A stretch of DNA of 64,000 bases, from contig JBNKHE010000003.1 in assembly GCA_050290185.1 (NCBI GenBank), forward strand, positions 256,001-320,000. The letters run 5' to 3'. This DNA is from Pontiella sp. (GTDB lineage Bacteria > Verrucomicrobiota > Kiritimatiellia > Kiritimatiellales > Pontiellaceae). The position numbers and the translations under genes were made by a program. Within the stretch, counting starts at the first letter, position 1. Every line of letters starts with the position of its first letter. Positions 48,658 through 58,231 of this stretch are shown piece after piece. The notes beneath the pieces are model-generated. The model saw nothing but the letters and a program-made list of their open reading frames with translations. It made no database searches and was not told the DNA's origin.

Positions 48658-50433
48658 GTGTCGGTTAGGAATCACAATGCTGAAATATGCCTTAAGGGTA
48701 TCGGGGTTTCTCCGGGAATCGCTGTATGCCGGGCCCAGTTGCTTTCCTTTCAGAAAGATAGCGCCGTTTCGCGGTCAATAAGTAAGGATGAAGTCCCCTG
48801 CGAAATTGCCCGCTTTGAAGAAGCGCTTATCGCAACCCACGAACAGATCAAGCACATTCAAAAGCAAGTGGCGGAAGTCCTGGGGGAGGAGCATGCCAGT
48901 ATCTTCGATGCGCACCTCCTTGTGGTGGACGACCGCACTTTTATCGAAGATGTAATTCGCGGGCTTAAGCGCGACTTGTTGAATGTTGAGCCGGTCTTGC
49001 TGTCGGTATCCAACCGATATGCCGACATGCTTTCCAAAGTGGATGATTCCTATCTTTCCGAGCGTGCTGTAGATATCAGGGATGTAACCAAGCGCATTCT
49101 TGCCAATCTGGCCGGAGAATCGTTGGGTCAGATCGCAAATATCAAGGAGCCGTGTATCGTGGTATCTCACGATCTGTCTCCTTCGGATACGGCCAGTATT
49201 GACAAAACGGTGATCAAGGCGTTTGTGACCGACCTCGGGAGTTCCACGTCCCATACCGCCATCATGGCCAAGGCTTTACAAGTTCCTGCCGTGGTCGGCC
49301 TGCATAATATTACGGCTGTGGTGGCCAGTGGCTGTACAGTTTTAATCGATGGGGCAAAGGGGCTGGTCTTTGTCAATCCTACGGAATCCAGACTGAAAGA
49401 ATACCAGCGGAAGTCTGCTGAGCAGGAGCAGATTTTACTGGGCCTGGATGCATTGCGCGACAAACCGCCGGAAACGCTGGATGGATATCTGGTGCCCATT
49501 ACGGCGAACATCGAGTTGATTGAAGAGCTGGACGCTGTTGGAGCAGGCGGAGCCCGAGGCATAGGGTTGTACCGGACGGAATTCTTGTTTCTTGGCCGGG
49601 AAACCCTCCCAGGAGAAGATGAACAGGCCGATGCATACATTCAGGCTGCAACGAGCCAGTATCCTTCCCCGGTGGTTATTCGCACCCTCGATATCGGTGC
49701 GGATAAACTGCCGGAATCGATTGAGTGCTTCGATGAGCTGAATCCCTTTCTTGGCGACCGTGCCATACGGCTTTGTCTTTCGCGTCCTGAGCTGTTCAAA
49801 ACACAGTTGCGTGCGATTCTGCGGGCGAGTACCCATGAGAATATTCGCATGATGTATCCGATGATTTCGTGTGCGCAGGAGGTTCTTGACGCCAATGCGC
49901 TGTTAAGGGAGTGCATGGATGAGCTCAAGCATGCCGGGATTCCATTCAATGAAAACATTCAGGTTGGAACGATGATCGAAGTGCCTTCGGCTGCTTTGAT
50001 CGCCGACCTGATCGCCCCGCATGTGAGTTTTTTCAGTCTGGGCACGAATGACTTGATCCAGTACACGATGGCCGTTGACCGGGGGAACGAAAACGTTGCC
50101 CATCTATACCGGCCAACGCACATGGCGATCATTCGGCTTATCGATCATGTGGTGAAAGTCAGTCATGAGTATGGGTTGTGGACCTGTGTCTGCGGGCAAA
50201 TGGCAGCCAGCCCATACTATGTGCCCTTGCTGATTGGGCTGGGTATTGACGAACTGAGCGTAAGCCCGTCCCAGGCGCCGATGATCAAAGATGTTATTCG
50301 CAAGCTCTACTATTCAAGCGCAATTGATTTAGCGAACAAGGCATTGGCTTCGGAGTCTGCGGGACATGTTGAAACGCTCTGCCGCGACTTGATTGCTGAA
50401 ATCGCTCCCGAGGTGATTGATTTCTCGGGCTAG
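48658..50433 (+). CDS. ptsI: PTS enzyme I
   Basis: GIGVSPG, TSHTAIMA, GLYRTEFL, RTLDIG.DK, NPFLG.R.IR, MIEVP, SLGTNDL.QY; GTG start. Confidence 0.95.
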   Translation: MSVRNHNAEICLKGIGVSPGIAVCRAQLLSFQKDSAVSRSISKDEVPCEIARFEEALIATHEQIKHIQKQVAEVLGEEHASIFDAHLLVVDDRTFIEDVIRGLKRDLLNVEPVLLSVSNRYADMLSKVDDSYLSERAVDIRDVTKRILANLAGESLGQIANIKEPCIVVSHDLSPSDTASIDKTVIKAFVTDLGSSTSHTAIMAKALQVPAVVGLHNITAVVASGCTVLIDGAKGLVFVNPTESRLKEYQRKSAEQEQILLGLDALRDKPPETLDGYLVPITANIELIEELDAVGAGGARGIGLYRTEFLFLGRETLPGEDEQADAYIQAATSQYPSPVVIRTLDIGADKLPESIECFDELNPFLGDRAIRLCLSRPELFKTQLRAILRASTHENIRMMYPMISCAQEVLDANALLRECMDELKHAGIPFNENIQVGTMIEVPSAALIADLIAPHVSFFSLGTNDLIQYTMAVDRGNENVAHLYRPTHMAIIRLIDHVVKVSHEYGLWTCVCGQMAASPYYVPLLIGLGIDELSVSPSQAPMIKDVIRKLYYSSAIDLANKALASESAGHVETLCRDLIAEIAPEVIDFSG

Positions 50434-50438
50434 CGTTT

Positions 50439-51146
50439 TCACTTGAGCCTTTCAATAAGCGTTGTGCAGTAGAACCAGACCTTTCCTAATTGATGGGCTG
50501 TGAATTTGTAAGCCAGCGCGGTTTCGTGTCCCAGCAGATCTCCAAATGTCAACAGGCGGGATTCCCCGAGCAGAACAAGCAGGAGTGCAATCACCAGCAC
50601 ATTCATGATGTAGATAACGGTATACGAAAAAACGCGACCGTGTTCCTGGACATCGGGTTGGTATTGGGAAAGCATATGGATGGTGAAGGTGATATGGAAT
50701 GACCATGTAAGCCCCACCAATGCAAGCCACCATAGCTGCTGACCTTGAACATCCAGCCAGATGCGAGCCACATAGTATGTGGCAATGGTCAGGGCGGTAT
50801 AAAAAGGAAAGAAGTATGGGGCCAGCGTAATAATGAAATTGGTTTTCGACAATTCCACATGGCCGCCCTTGCTGCCCACTTTGATTTTTCCCACCCGGCT
50901 ACCCATCATCAGGGCCCAGAGTGCATGCGTAAGTTCGTGTCCCAGGACATAGGTGCGAAAGGGTTTGGGGAGCAGGAAGAAAATGACAACCCAAACCATG
51001 AAACCGAGTGGAAGTGCCCATGCCGTCCATCCCGTCTCCAGCGTGGCGTCCACCGAGGATTGATAGAGCGCAAACGTGGAAATCGAAACTGCCCAGACGA
51101 GAGGCCACATGCAGACGCCCATCAATATTTTCAATAATTTCAACAC
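50439..51146 (-). CDS. Membrane metalloprotease (M50-like, HExxH)
   Basis: GHELTHA within a hydrophobic helix, GGHV, LAPYF and a later PD motif; multiple TM helices; GTG start. Confidence 0.7.
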   Translation of the reverse strand: MLKLLKILMGVCMWPLVWAVSISTFALYQSSVDATLETGWTAWALPLGFMVWVVIFFLLPKPFRTYVLGHELTHALWALMMGSRVGKIKVGSKGGHVELSKTNFIITLAPYFFPFYTALTIATYYVARIWLDVQGQQLWWLALVGLTWSFHITFTIHMLSQYQPDVQEHGRVFSYTVIYIMNVLVIALLLVLLGESRLLTFGDLLGHETALAYKFTAHQLGKVWFYCTTLIERLK

Positions 51147-51361
51147 CGACCATGATGTACCCGATTTGGAGCGATGAAATCAAATGCATACATTGCTCAT
51201 CAGAGGGTTTGTGTTTGGATCGGGTGGGAGCGGGGCTTGAGAATAACACCGTTGAGGGAGTTGACATTGCGGTCTAATCAGCCTAAAAACATATCGTTTC
51301 TAGGAAAGACAACCCTCTGTTTTTCCCGTAATTCCAAGCCGGCTTTCCATTCCATTTATAT

Positions 51362-51979
51362 ATGTCTGACATTGAGCGCAGTGCCGTCGTTATAGCCATC
51401 ACCGGTGGCATAGCCTGCGGCAAATCCGAAGTAGGTCGAATTCTGGGACACATGGGTTATTCCGTTTGTGATACAGACCGGGTTGCGCATGAATTAATGA
51501 CGAAGGGGATGCCGGTTTATCAAAAGGTCGTTGAGTTTTTTGGAACGCGTATATTGACGGAAGACAGGGAGATATCGCGTCCGAAACTCGGAGAGATCGT
51601 ATTCGAAACGCCGGCAAAATTAATGGAGTTAAACCGTTTGATCCACCCTGCTGTGCGCTCGGTTATTGAAGAATGGATTTCGCAGCGAAGGCGCAATCAA
51701 GAGAACGCAGCCGCTCAAATCCCATTGCTTTTTGAAAGCGGAATGCAGAACCTTGGCTGGGATGCCGTCGTATGTGTGTCGAGCAGCGAGGAACAGGTAT
51801 ATGAGCGACTGGAAAAACGGGGGGTCAGCCGGCAGAAAGCCCTCCGGCGGATCGCAGCTCAAATGCCGTTGGCAGAAAAAGAAAATTTATCGGATCGCGT
51901 GATTCGAAACTTTGGAACATTGCAAGAATTGGAAGAGGCGACGCGGAAGACCATGGCAAGCCTCATTGTGGAAAGGTAG
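51362..51979 (+). CDS. coaE: Dephospho-CoA kinase
   Basis: [39 protein letters not shown]. Confidence 0.93.
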   Translation: MSDIERSAVVIAITGGIACGKSEVGRILGHMGYSVCDTDRVAHELMTKGMPVYQKVVEFFGTRILTEDREISRPKLGEIVFETPAKLMELNRLIHPAVRSVIEEWISQRRRNQENAAAQIPLLFESGMQNLGWDAVVCVSSSEEQVYERLEKRGVSRQKALRRIAAQMPLAEKENLSDRVIRNFGTLQELEEATRKTMASLIVER

Positions 51980-51981
51980 AT

Positions 51982-53568
51982 ATGAGCGACGAAAAAAATG
52001 TAGTTGAAGACGTGGTGGAATCCTCCGTGAAAGCAACAGAAGAAAACACGCCGGCAAAGAAAAAGACCCCTAGGAAAAAGGCCCCTGCAAAAAAGGCGGC
52101 CAAATCCGATGTGGAAGAAACTGCTAAAGCTCCCACTGAAATACCGACCGAAGATGGTCCGGTAGGCAGTGCCGACGCCCCGGCTAAACAAGATCAAGCC
52201 GAACGCCCCCAGCGCGACCGTAATCAAGGCAAACACGGAAAGAAGAATCGTAACGGGAAAAACAACAATCGTCGGGATCGCGACCAGCCCGTTCAAAATG
52301 TAGATAACCTTCCTCCGCTTTCGCTGCATGAAATGCAGGTTACGCCGATCAATGATATCAAGGGCATGGCCGAAGAATACGGCATGCAGGAATACGATGG
52401 ATTCGGCAAGCACCAGCTCATTTTCGAGCTACTCAAGCTCCATGGTCGGCGGGGAGGCCCCTTGCTGGGTCGCGGTGTGCTGGAAACCCTGCCGGATGGC
52501 TTTGGATTCCTTCGCTCGCCCTTGAACAGCTATCAGCCGGCGCCCGACGATATCTATGTTTCCCCCTCGCAGATTCGCCGATTCGGATTGCGAACCGGCG
52601 ACTATGTGACCGGCAGCATCCGCTCGCCCAAGGAAAAGGAGCGCTTTTTTGCGCTGCTGCGTATTGATAAAATCAACAATGATGATCCCGATGCAGCCCG
52701 TAGACGGGTTCCTTTTGAAAACCTGACCCCGTTGTTCCCGAATGAACGGTTGGTCATGGAAACCGATCCCAAGGAAATTTCCATGCGGGTCATGGATATT
52801 GTTACTCCGATCGGCAAAGGGCAACGCGGCTTGATTGTTGCTCCTCCCCGAACCGGTAAGACGGTGCTGATGCAGAAGATCGCGAACAGCATTTCAAAGA
52901 ACAACCCCGAAGCAAAGCTGATCATTCTGTTGATCGATGAACGTCCGGAAGAAGTCACCGACATGCGACGCACTACGCAGGCCGAAGTTCTGGCGTCAAC
53001 TTTCGACGAGCCGCCGGAACGCCATACGCAAGTGGCTGAAATCGTAATCGAAATGTCAAAGCGTCTGGTGGAGAAGGGGCAGGATGTAATCATCTTGCTG
53101 GATTCCATTACCCGTCTGGCTCGCGCCTACAACACGACTTCACCACATAGTGGTAAGATTCTTTCGGGCGGGGTCGACTCCAATGCGTTGCATAAACCGA
53201 AACGGTTTTTTGGTGCCGCCCGAAATATCGAAGGGGGCGGAAGTCTCAGTATTATTGCCACCGCGCTGGTGGATACCGGAAGCCGGATGGATGAAGTGAT
53301 CTTTGAGGAATTCAAAGGTACCGGCAACATGGAGCTGGGACTGGACCGGGAACTGGTGAATAAGCGCATCTATCCCGCCATCAACATTGAAAAATCCGGA
53401 ACGCGTAAGGAAGAGCTGTTGCTGCATCCTGACGAGTTGCAGCGGATCTGGACGTTACGCAAGGCGCTCAAGGATGTGCCACAGGTTGAGGCCATGGAGT
53501 TGTTGATCAACCGCTTGAAGAAGACGAACAACAATCTGGAATTCCTGATGACGTTGCAAGGGGCGTAG
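51982..53568 (+). CDS. rho: Transcription termination factor Rho with N-terminal extension
   Basis: [65 protein letters not shown]. Confidence 0.97.
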   Translation: MSDEKNVVEDVVESSVKATEENTPAKKKTPRKKAPAKKAAKSDVEETAKAPTEIPTEDGPVGSADAPAKQDQAERPQRDRNQGKHGKKNRNGKNNNRRDRDQPVQNVDNLPPLSLHEMQVTPINDIKGMAEEYGMQEYDGFGKHQLIFELLKLHGRRGGPLLGRGVLETLPDGFGFLRSPLNSYQPAPDDIYVSPSQIRRFGLRTGDYVTGSIRSPKEKERFFALLRIDKINNDDPDAARRRVPFENLTPLFPNERLVMETDPKEISMRVMDIVTPIGKGQRGLIVAPPRTGKTVLMQKIANSISKNNPEAKLIILLIDERPEEVTDMRRTTQAEVLASTFDEPPERHTQVAEIVIEMSKRLVEKGQDVIILLDSITRLARAYNTTSPHSGKILSGGVDSNALHKPKRFFGAARNIEGGGSLSIIATALVDTGSRMDEVIFEEFKGTGNMELGLDRELVNKRIYPAINIEKSGTRKEELLLHPDELQRIWTLRKALKDVPQVEAMELLINRLKKTNNNLEFLMTLQGA

Positions 53569-53590
53569 TACCGCCGGGCAACTGCTGCAA

Positions 53591-53618
53591 GGGCGACCGT
53601 ACCGGTCGCCCTTTTTTT
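53591..53618 (+). terminator. Intrinsic terminator after rho
   Basis: GGGCGACCG-tac-CGGTCGCCC followed by T7. Confidence 0.9.
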
Positions 53619-53624
53619 ATGATT

Positions 53625-53653
53625 TTGACACATGGAATGAGGGGGCCTAGAAT
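53625..53653 (+). promoter_or_regulatory. Near-consensus sigma70 promoter
   Basis: TTGACA-17-TAGAAT. Confidence 0.75.
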
Positions 53654-53678
53654 TACTTTCTACTAAGGGGGCATTGAC

Positions 53679-54629
53679 GTGAAAGCGACATCAAAGATGA
53701 ACGCGGTAATCCTGGCAGGGGATCGCCGGGCTAGTATTCAGGTCCGGAGCGAAAACAAAGCCTTTCTTCCGCTTAAGGGGAAACCTCTGTTCATTCATGT
53801 CGTATGCACCTTGCAGGATGCTGAGCTTCTGGGGGAAATTGTTGTCGTAGGGCCCGGCGATAGGCTTCGGGAGGAGCTGGATAAGTACGGTATCGATGGG
53901 GTTCGCGTGGTGGAGCAGCGTGACAACATGATTGAAAATTTCAAGGCGGGCTATGTTGCTGCTTTGGGATTGGGAGACGATGTCGATTTTTGGAGTTTAA
54001 AGGGGACTGGGCACGAGATGGTTCCTGTACTTGTTTCGCCTTGCGACATCCCGTTGTTGATCGCAGATGAAGTCGACGAGTTTATCCGTCGCAGCAACAT
54101 GCATGAATACGACTATTCCATTGGGGTCAGTTCAGAAAAAGTGCTGTCTCATTATTATCCGGAAGGAGGGAAACCCGGCATCCGGATGATCTATTTTCAC
54201 GTAAAGGAAGATCTGCTTCGGCATAACAACCTGCACATTGGCAAGCCCCTTACTTTCAAGCATCTCGATTACATTGAAAAGATGTACGAATGGCGCTACC
54301 AGACGCGGTTTGCGAATATCGTACGGATGTTCTTCTCGTTGCTGTTCGCGGGGTGGCGCATGGTGAAAGGGTTGAGAGTGTTTATCTTGATGCAGCTATC
54401 GCTCTATTACGACCGCCACGGCCACCCAAAGCTTTCCGACCGGCTACGCTCGCTCGTCTGTTTCAACCGTTTGGCGGAAGGGATCGGAAACGCACTGGGC
54501 GCGCGTGTTCAGGTGGTGTACACCCACTTCGGAGGTGCCGTTCTTGATGCCGACAATGAAAAGGATCTTATGGCCATTGAAGAACGGTACGATGAGTGGA
54601 TTGAATACCAGAAAAACCTCTTTGCCTAG
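53679..54629 (+). CDS. MobA-like nucleotidyltransferase-fold protein
   Basis: AVILAG, NKAFLPL.GKP...HV, IVVVG, PCDIPL and terminal DAD..KD motifs of the GT-A/NTP-transferase fold. Confidence 0.75.
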   Translation: MKATSKMNAVILAGDRRASIQVRSENKAFLPLKGKPLFIHVVCTLQDAELLGEIVVVGPGDRLREELDKYGIDGVRVVEQRDNMIENFKAGYVAALGLGDDVDFWSLKGTGHEMVPVLVSPCDIPLLIADEVDEFIRRSNMHEYDYSIGVSSEKVLSHYYPEGGKPGIRMIYFHVKEDLLRHNNLHIGKPLTFKHLDYIEKMYEWRYQTRFANIVRMFFSLLFAGWRMVKGLRVFILMQLSLYYDRHGHPKLSDRLRSLVCFNRLAEGIGNALGARVQVVYTHFGGAVLDADNEKDLMAIEERYDEWIEYQKNLFA

Positions 54630-56020
54630 CTGGCGGATATTTGCTCCACGACAATACGGTTGCCGTGCACTTCGGTAATGCGGACCGGACTCTGATTGGG
54701 AATATAGTCTCCATACGTAACGACATCGAGTTTGCGTCCATCAAAGTAGGCAGTGCCGCTGGGACGTAAATCCGAGTGTGCAATGCCCTTCATGCCGACG
54801 AGTGTTTCCTCCTGCACCGGTACGGGTGAAACTGCCCCCAATGTGAGCGTGTTGAATAACCGGGTCTTGGGCAGGAATTTTCCAGCAACCATTGCGAGAG
54901 CAAAGGTGCCAATGAGGGCCAGCACGATGTCTAGCATGGGCGTCGCGAAGGCATCAGCGGAAAACTCCAGCGGTCGCCATTTTCCCGGTACGTGCTCTAC
55001 CATCATACTGACCAGAGAGATCAGAATGAGAAGAATTCCACTGATGCCGGCAACGCCGAATCCCGGAATCACAAAAACCTCCAATGCGATCAGACTGATG
55101 CCGGTCAGCAGAATAATGATGTCTTCCCAGCCTGCGAGCCCGGCAATGTGGTGTCCGAAATATAGCAGCAGCAGGCAGGAAATACCGGTAATGCCAAAAA
55201 CGCCGAATCCCGGAACCTTGAATTCAAGCCAAAGGCCTCCAAACCCGCAGATCATCAGCAAAATGGCTATCCCCGGGGTTTTCACGAACCGGGCAATTTT
55301 TTCTGCTGAGGTGATCCGCAGTGTGTGCTTCTCGGCATTTTTCAGTCCTATGGTGACCAAAAGCTCATCCACGTTCTCGACCGTTCCTTCCGATAAAAGA
55401 GGTCGCTGATCGGTGCCGACCTGTTGGGAGGCTTCTTCGTTGGTCAGCGTTAGCAGGCGGCCGTTTTCGCTGATGACTTCGCCGTCTATGCTGTATTCCA
55501 TATCCGCGCGCACCATGGCTTCCGCCAGCTCGGGATCGTGGCCTCCCTGTTCCGCCGCGGCGCGTACCATGGCCGCAACGGCGGAGGTCATTTTTTCCTG
55601 GACCTCGTCGGGCATATCCTGAACACCACCCATCGGCGAAAGCATCAACGGGGTGGCGGCGCCGATCACGCTGCCGGAAGCCATGTAGATATGCGGGGTG
55701 GCCAAAGCGATGATTGCGCCGGCGGAATAGGCGTCCTTTTCCACGAAGGTATAGATGGGAATGTCCGTGTGGGTGATGATTGAAATGATGTCTTCGGCTG
55801 CGCTGACCAGGCCGCCGGGGGTATCCATCTCGAATATGATCGCGTCGGCATGGTTGCGAACGGCTTCATCCACGCCGCGCCGGATGACGTAAACAAGTGC
55901 CTGTTCTATCGTTTTCTTGATCGGGATAATGTAGACCACGGACGAAGGCTGGACGTCCTGGGCGTGCGCGGAACATAGCATGAGGCTCGCGAGTAGAGTG
56001 AAAAGGCCGTTTCGAATCAT
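54626..56020 (-). CDS. NfeD family membrane-bound serine protease
   Basis: Signal peptide; DTPGG, AYSAGAII, IGAATP ClpP-like domain; TM bundle (E.KVPGFGV.G); C-terminal OB fold (DLRPSG). Confidence 0.9.
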   Translation of the reverse strand: MIRNGLFTLLASLMLCSAHAQDVQPSSVVYIIPIKKTIEQALVYVIRRGVDEAVRNHADAIIFEMDTPGGLVSAAEDIISIITHTDIPIYTFVEKDAYSAGAIIALATPHIYMASGSVIGAATPLMLSPMGGVQDMPDEVQEKMTSAVAAMVRAAAEQGGHDPELAEAMVRADMEYSIDGEVISENGRLLTLTNEEASQQVGTDQRPLLSEGTVENVDELLVTIGLKNAEKHTLRITSAEKIARFVKTPGIAILLMICGFGGLWLEFKVPGFGVFGITGISCLLLLYFGHHIAGLAGWEDIIILLTGISLIALEVFVIPGFGVAGISGILLILISLVSMMVEHVPGKWRPLEFSADAFATPMLDIVLALIGTFALAMVAGKFLPKTRLFNTLTLGAVSPVPVQEETLVGMKGIAHSDLRPSGTAYFDGRKLDVVTYGDYIPNQSPVRITEVHGNRIVVEQISAS

Positions 56021-56119
56021 CGAATGTCTCCCGTAGTTACGTCGCCATTTTTTTCCAGTCCTTGGAAAAAGGAAAGCGAAAACTTTCAATGTATGGAGAA
56101 TGTGCGTATTAACAAATGC

Positions 56120-56815
56120 ATGAATCTATCGGGTAAAAGGGCTTTGGTGACCGGCGGTGCTGTACGGATCGGAAGGGCGATCGTTAAGGCGTTGCAGTCG
56201 GAAGGTGTCGATGTGGTGGTGCATTACAACCATTCCAGGGCCGATGCCGAGGATCTGTCCCCCTATACCGTACAAGCGGATTTAGAATGTCCGGAGGAGT
56301 CTTCCGCGCTGGTTGACCGGGTGGGTCCGCTGGATATATTGATCAACAACGCATCGATCTTTACCAAGGATAGCCTGGCATCATCGACGCCGGAAAAGAC
56401 CTTGCGGGAATTCCAGATCAACCTGTTTTCGCCGATGGAGCTTACCAGAACGTTTGCCGCGCAGGGGAAGCATGGAGCCGTAGTCAATCTGCTGGACCGT
56501 CGGATTCATTGCCACGATACAACCTGTGCGCCCTATTCGATTTCAAAAAACGGGTTGGCTGAGCTGACCCGTTTGGCGGCATTGGAGTTTGCTCCGCATG
56601 TCCGGGTAAACGCCGTGGCTCCCGGGCCGGTGCTGCCTCCGCCTGGAAGCTCGGCCAGCAGTGCTCGCGAGCTGGCCGGAAACATTCCGCTCGACGAGTT
56701 GCCGACGCCGGATGAGATCGCTCAAGCAGTGATTTTTTTGCTTAAAGCCGAAGCCGTTACCGGCCAAATCATCTTCGTTGATGGCGGGCAGAATTTGTTA
56801 GGAAATGGAGTATAA
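56120..56815 (+). CDS. Pteridine reductase-like SDR (FolM/PTR1 group)
   Basis: TGGAVRIG, VHYNHS, INNASIF, YSISK, VNAVAPG, VTGQII.VDGG; adjacent to a folB-like gene. Confidence 0.8.
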   Translation: MNLSGKRALVTGGAVRIGRAIVKALQSEGVDVVVHYNHSRADAEDLSPYTVQADLECPEESSALVDRVGPLDILINNASIFTKDSLASSTPEKTLREFQINLFSPMELTRTFAAQGKHGAVVNLLDRRIHCHDTTCAPYSISKNGLAELTRLAALEFAPHVRVNAVAPGPVLPPPGSSASSARELAGNIPLDELPTPDEIAQAVIFLLKAEAVTGQIIFVDGGQNLLGNGV

Positions 56816-56818
56816 AAC

Positions 56819-57169
56819 ATGGATCGTATTTTTATTCGTGATCTTGCCCTGCGCTGTATTATCGGAATCTATCCCGAAGAGCGCCGGGAAAAGCAGGATG
56901 TGGTTATCAATGTGGAGATGCTCTGCGACTTGCGCCGGGCAGGGACGTCCGATGACCTGAACGACACGGTGGACTACAAGTCGATCAAGAAAGCGATCCT
57001 TAAACTGGTTGAAGGAAGCCGCTTCCAGCTCATCGAAACCCTGGCGGAAAAAATTTCCGGGATTGCGCTGGATGACGAGAAGGTACAACAGGTCGTGGTC
57101 ACTGTTGATAAGCCCGGAGCCCTCCGTTTTGCGAAGAGTTCCGCAGTGGAAATTACGCGGAAGAGGTAG
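56819..57169 (+). CDS. folB: Dihydroneopterin aldolase / FolX-like epimerase
   Basis: IGIYPEER..KQ.V.IN, DTVDY, F.LIETLAE, KPGA. Confidence 0.85.
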   Translation: MDRIFIRDLALRCIIGIYPEERREKQDVVINVEMLCDLRRAGTSDDLNDTVDYKSIKKAILKLVEGSRFQLIETLAEKISGIALDDEKVQQVVVTVDKPGALRFAKSSAVEITRKR

Positions 57170-57174
57170 GGGAT

Positions 57175-57228
57175 TTCGTTCTGCCTTCAGGCGGTTTCCT
57201 GAACCGGACCGCCTGAAGAACGGCGAAC
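57175..57228. repeat. Degenerate REP-like inverted doublet
   Basis: TTCGTTCTGCCTTCAGGCGG...CCGCCTGAAG with an 11-bp perfect arm pair CTTCAGGCGGT/ACCGCCTGAAG; resembles the element at 348-400. Confidence 0.55.
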
Positions 57229-57239
57229 GGAATACTGTC

Positions 57240-58208
57240 TTAGGCTACCGTGCCTTCGAAGATGCCCATGGACCGGAACTTGTCGTACCGTTCCGACATA
57301 ATCTCCTCGGGCGATTTTTTCAATAGCTCGGTGAGGTTCTGGATAAGCGCGGCTTTAAGATTCTCAGCCATGGCGGAGAGGTCAACATGTGCGCCGCCCT
57401 TGGGTTCGGGGACGATTTCGTCGGCCAGTTTGAGTTTAAGAAGATCCTTGCCGGTGATCTTGAGGGCCTCGGCGGCTTTGTCGGAAAAGGCCCGGTCCTT
57501 CCACAAAATGGCTGCACAACCTTCCGGAGAGATGACGGAATAGTAGGCATGTTCAAGAATGAGCATGCGGTTGCCTATGCCGATCCCCAGCGCACCGCCG
57601 CTTCCGCCTTCTCCAATGATCACACAGATGATCGGAACGCTGATATTGAACATTTCACGCAGGTTGACGGCGATTGCCTCTGCAATATGGCGTTCTTCCG
57701 ATTCCAGGCCGGCATAGGCACCCTTGGTGTCGATCAGTGTAATGACCGGCACACCGAACTTGTCGGCCAGTTTCATCAGGCGCAAAGCCTTGCGGTAGCC
57801 CTCCGGGTGGGCGCATCCAAAATTACATTCGACATTGCTTTTGGTGTCGCGGCCTTTCTGCGAGCCGAGGATCATCACCTTTTGTCCATCGATTCTGGCA
57901 AAGCCCCCGACGATTGCACGATCGTCGCGATGGATGCGGTCGCCGTGGATTTCCACAAAATCCGTCGTCATGGCCTTGATGTAGTCCATAGTATAGGGGC
58001 GGTCAGGATGGCGGGCAACCTGTACTTTCTGCCATGCACTCAGGTTCGCGTAGATCTCGTTGCGGGTGTTTTCGATCTTTTCCTTCATCCGTTCGATTTC
58101 ATGGGAAACATCAATATCCTGTTCCTGACTGAACGATTCAAGTTCGCTTAATTTGGTTTCAAGTTCTGCAATGGGACTTTCAAAAGGCAGGCTGTATTTT
58201 GCGCTCAT
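57240..58208 (-). CDS. accA: Acetyl-CoA carboxylase carboxyltransferase alpha
   Basis: ARHPDRP, HGDR...DD.AIVGG, PEGYRKALRLM, IGEGGSGGAL, SVISPEGCAAILW. Confidence 0.97.
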   Translation of the reverse strand: MSAKYSLPFESPIAELETKLSELESFSQEQDIDVSHEIERMKEKIENTRNEIYANLSAWQKVQVARHPDRPYTMDYIKAMTTDFVEIHGDRIHRDDRAIVGGFARIDGQKVMILGSQKGRDTKSNVECNFGCAHPEGYRKALRLMKLADKFGVPVITLIDTKGAYAGLESEERHIAEAIAVNLREMFNISVPIICVIIGEGGSGGALGIGIGNRMLILEHAYYSVISPEGCAAILWKDRAFSDKAAEALKITGKDLLKLKLADEIVPEPKGGAHVDLSAMAENLKAALIQNLTELLKKSPEEIMSERYDKFRSMGIFEGTVA

Positions 58209-58231
58209 TCAGGGCTCCTTCCAAGGTGCAA

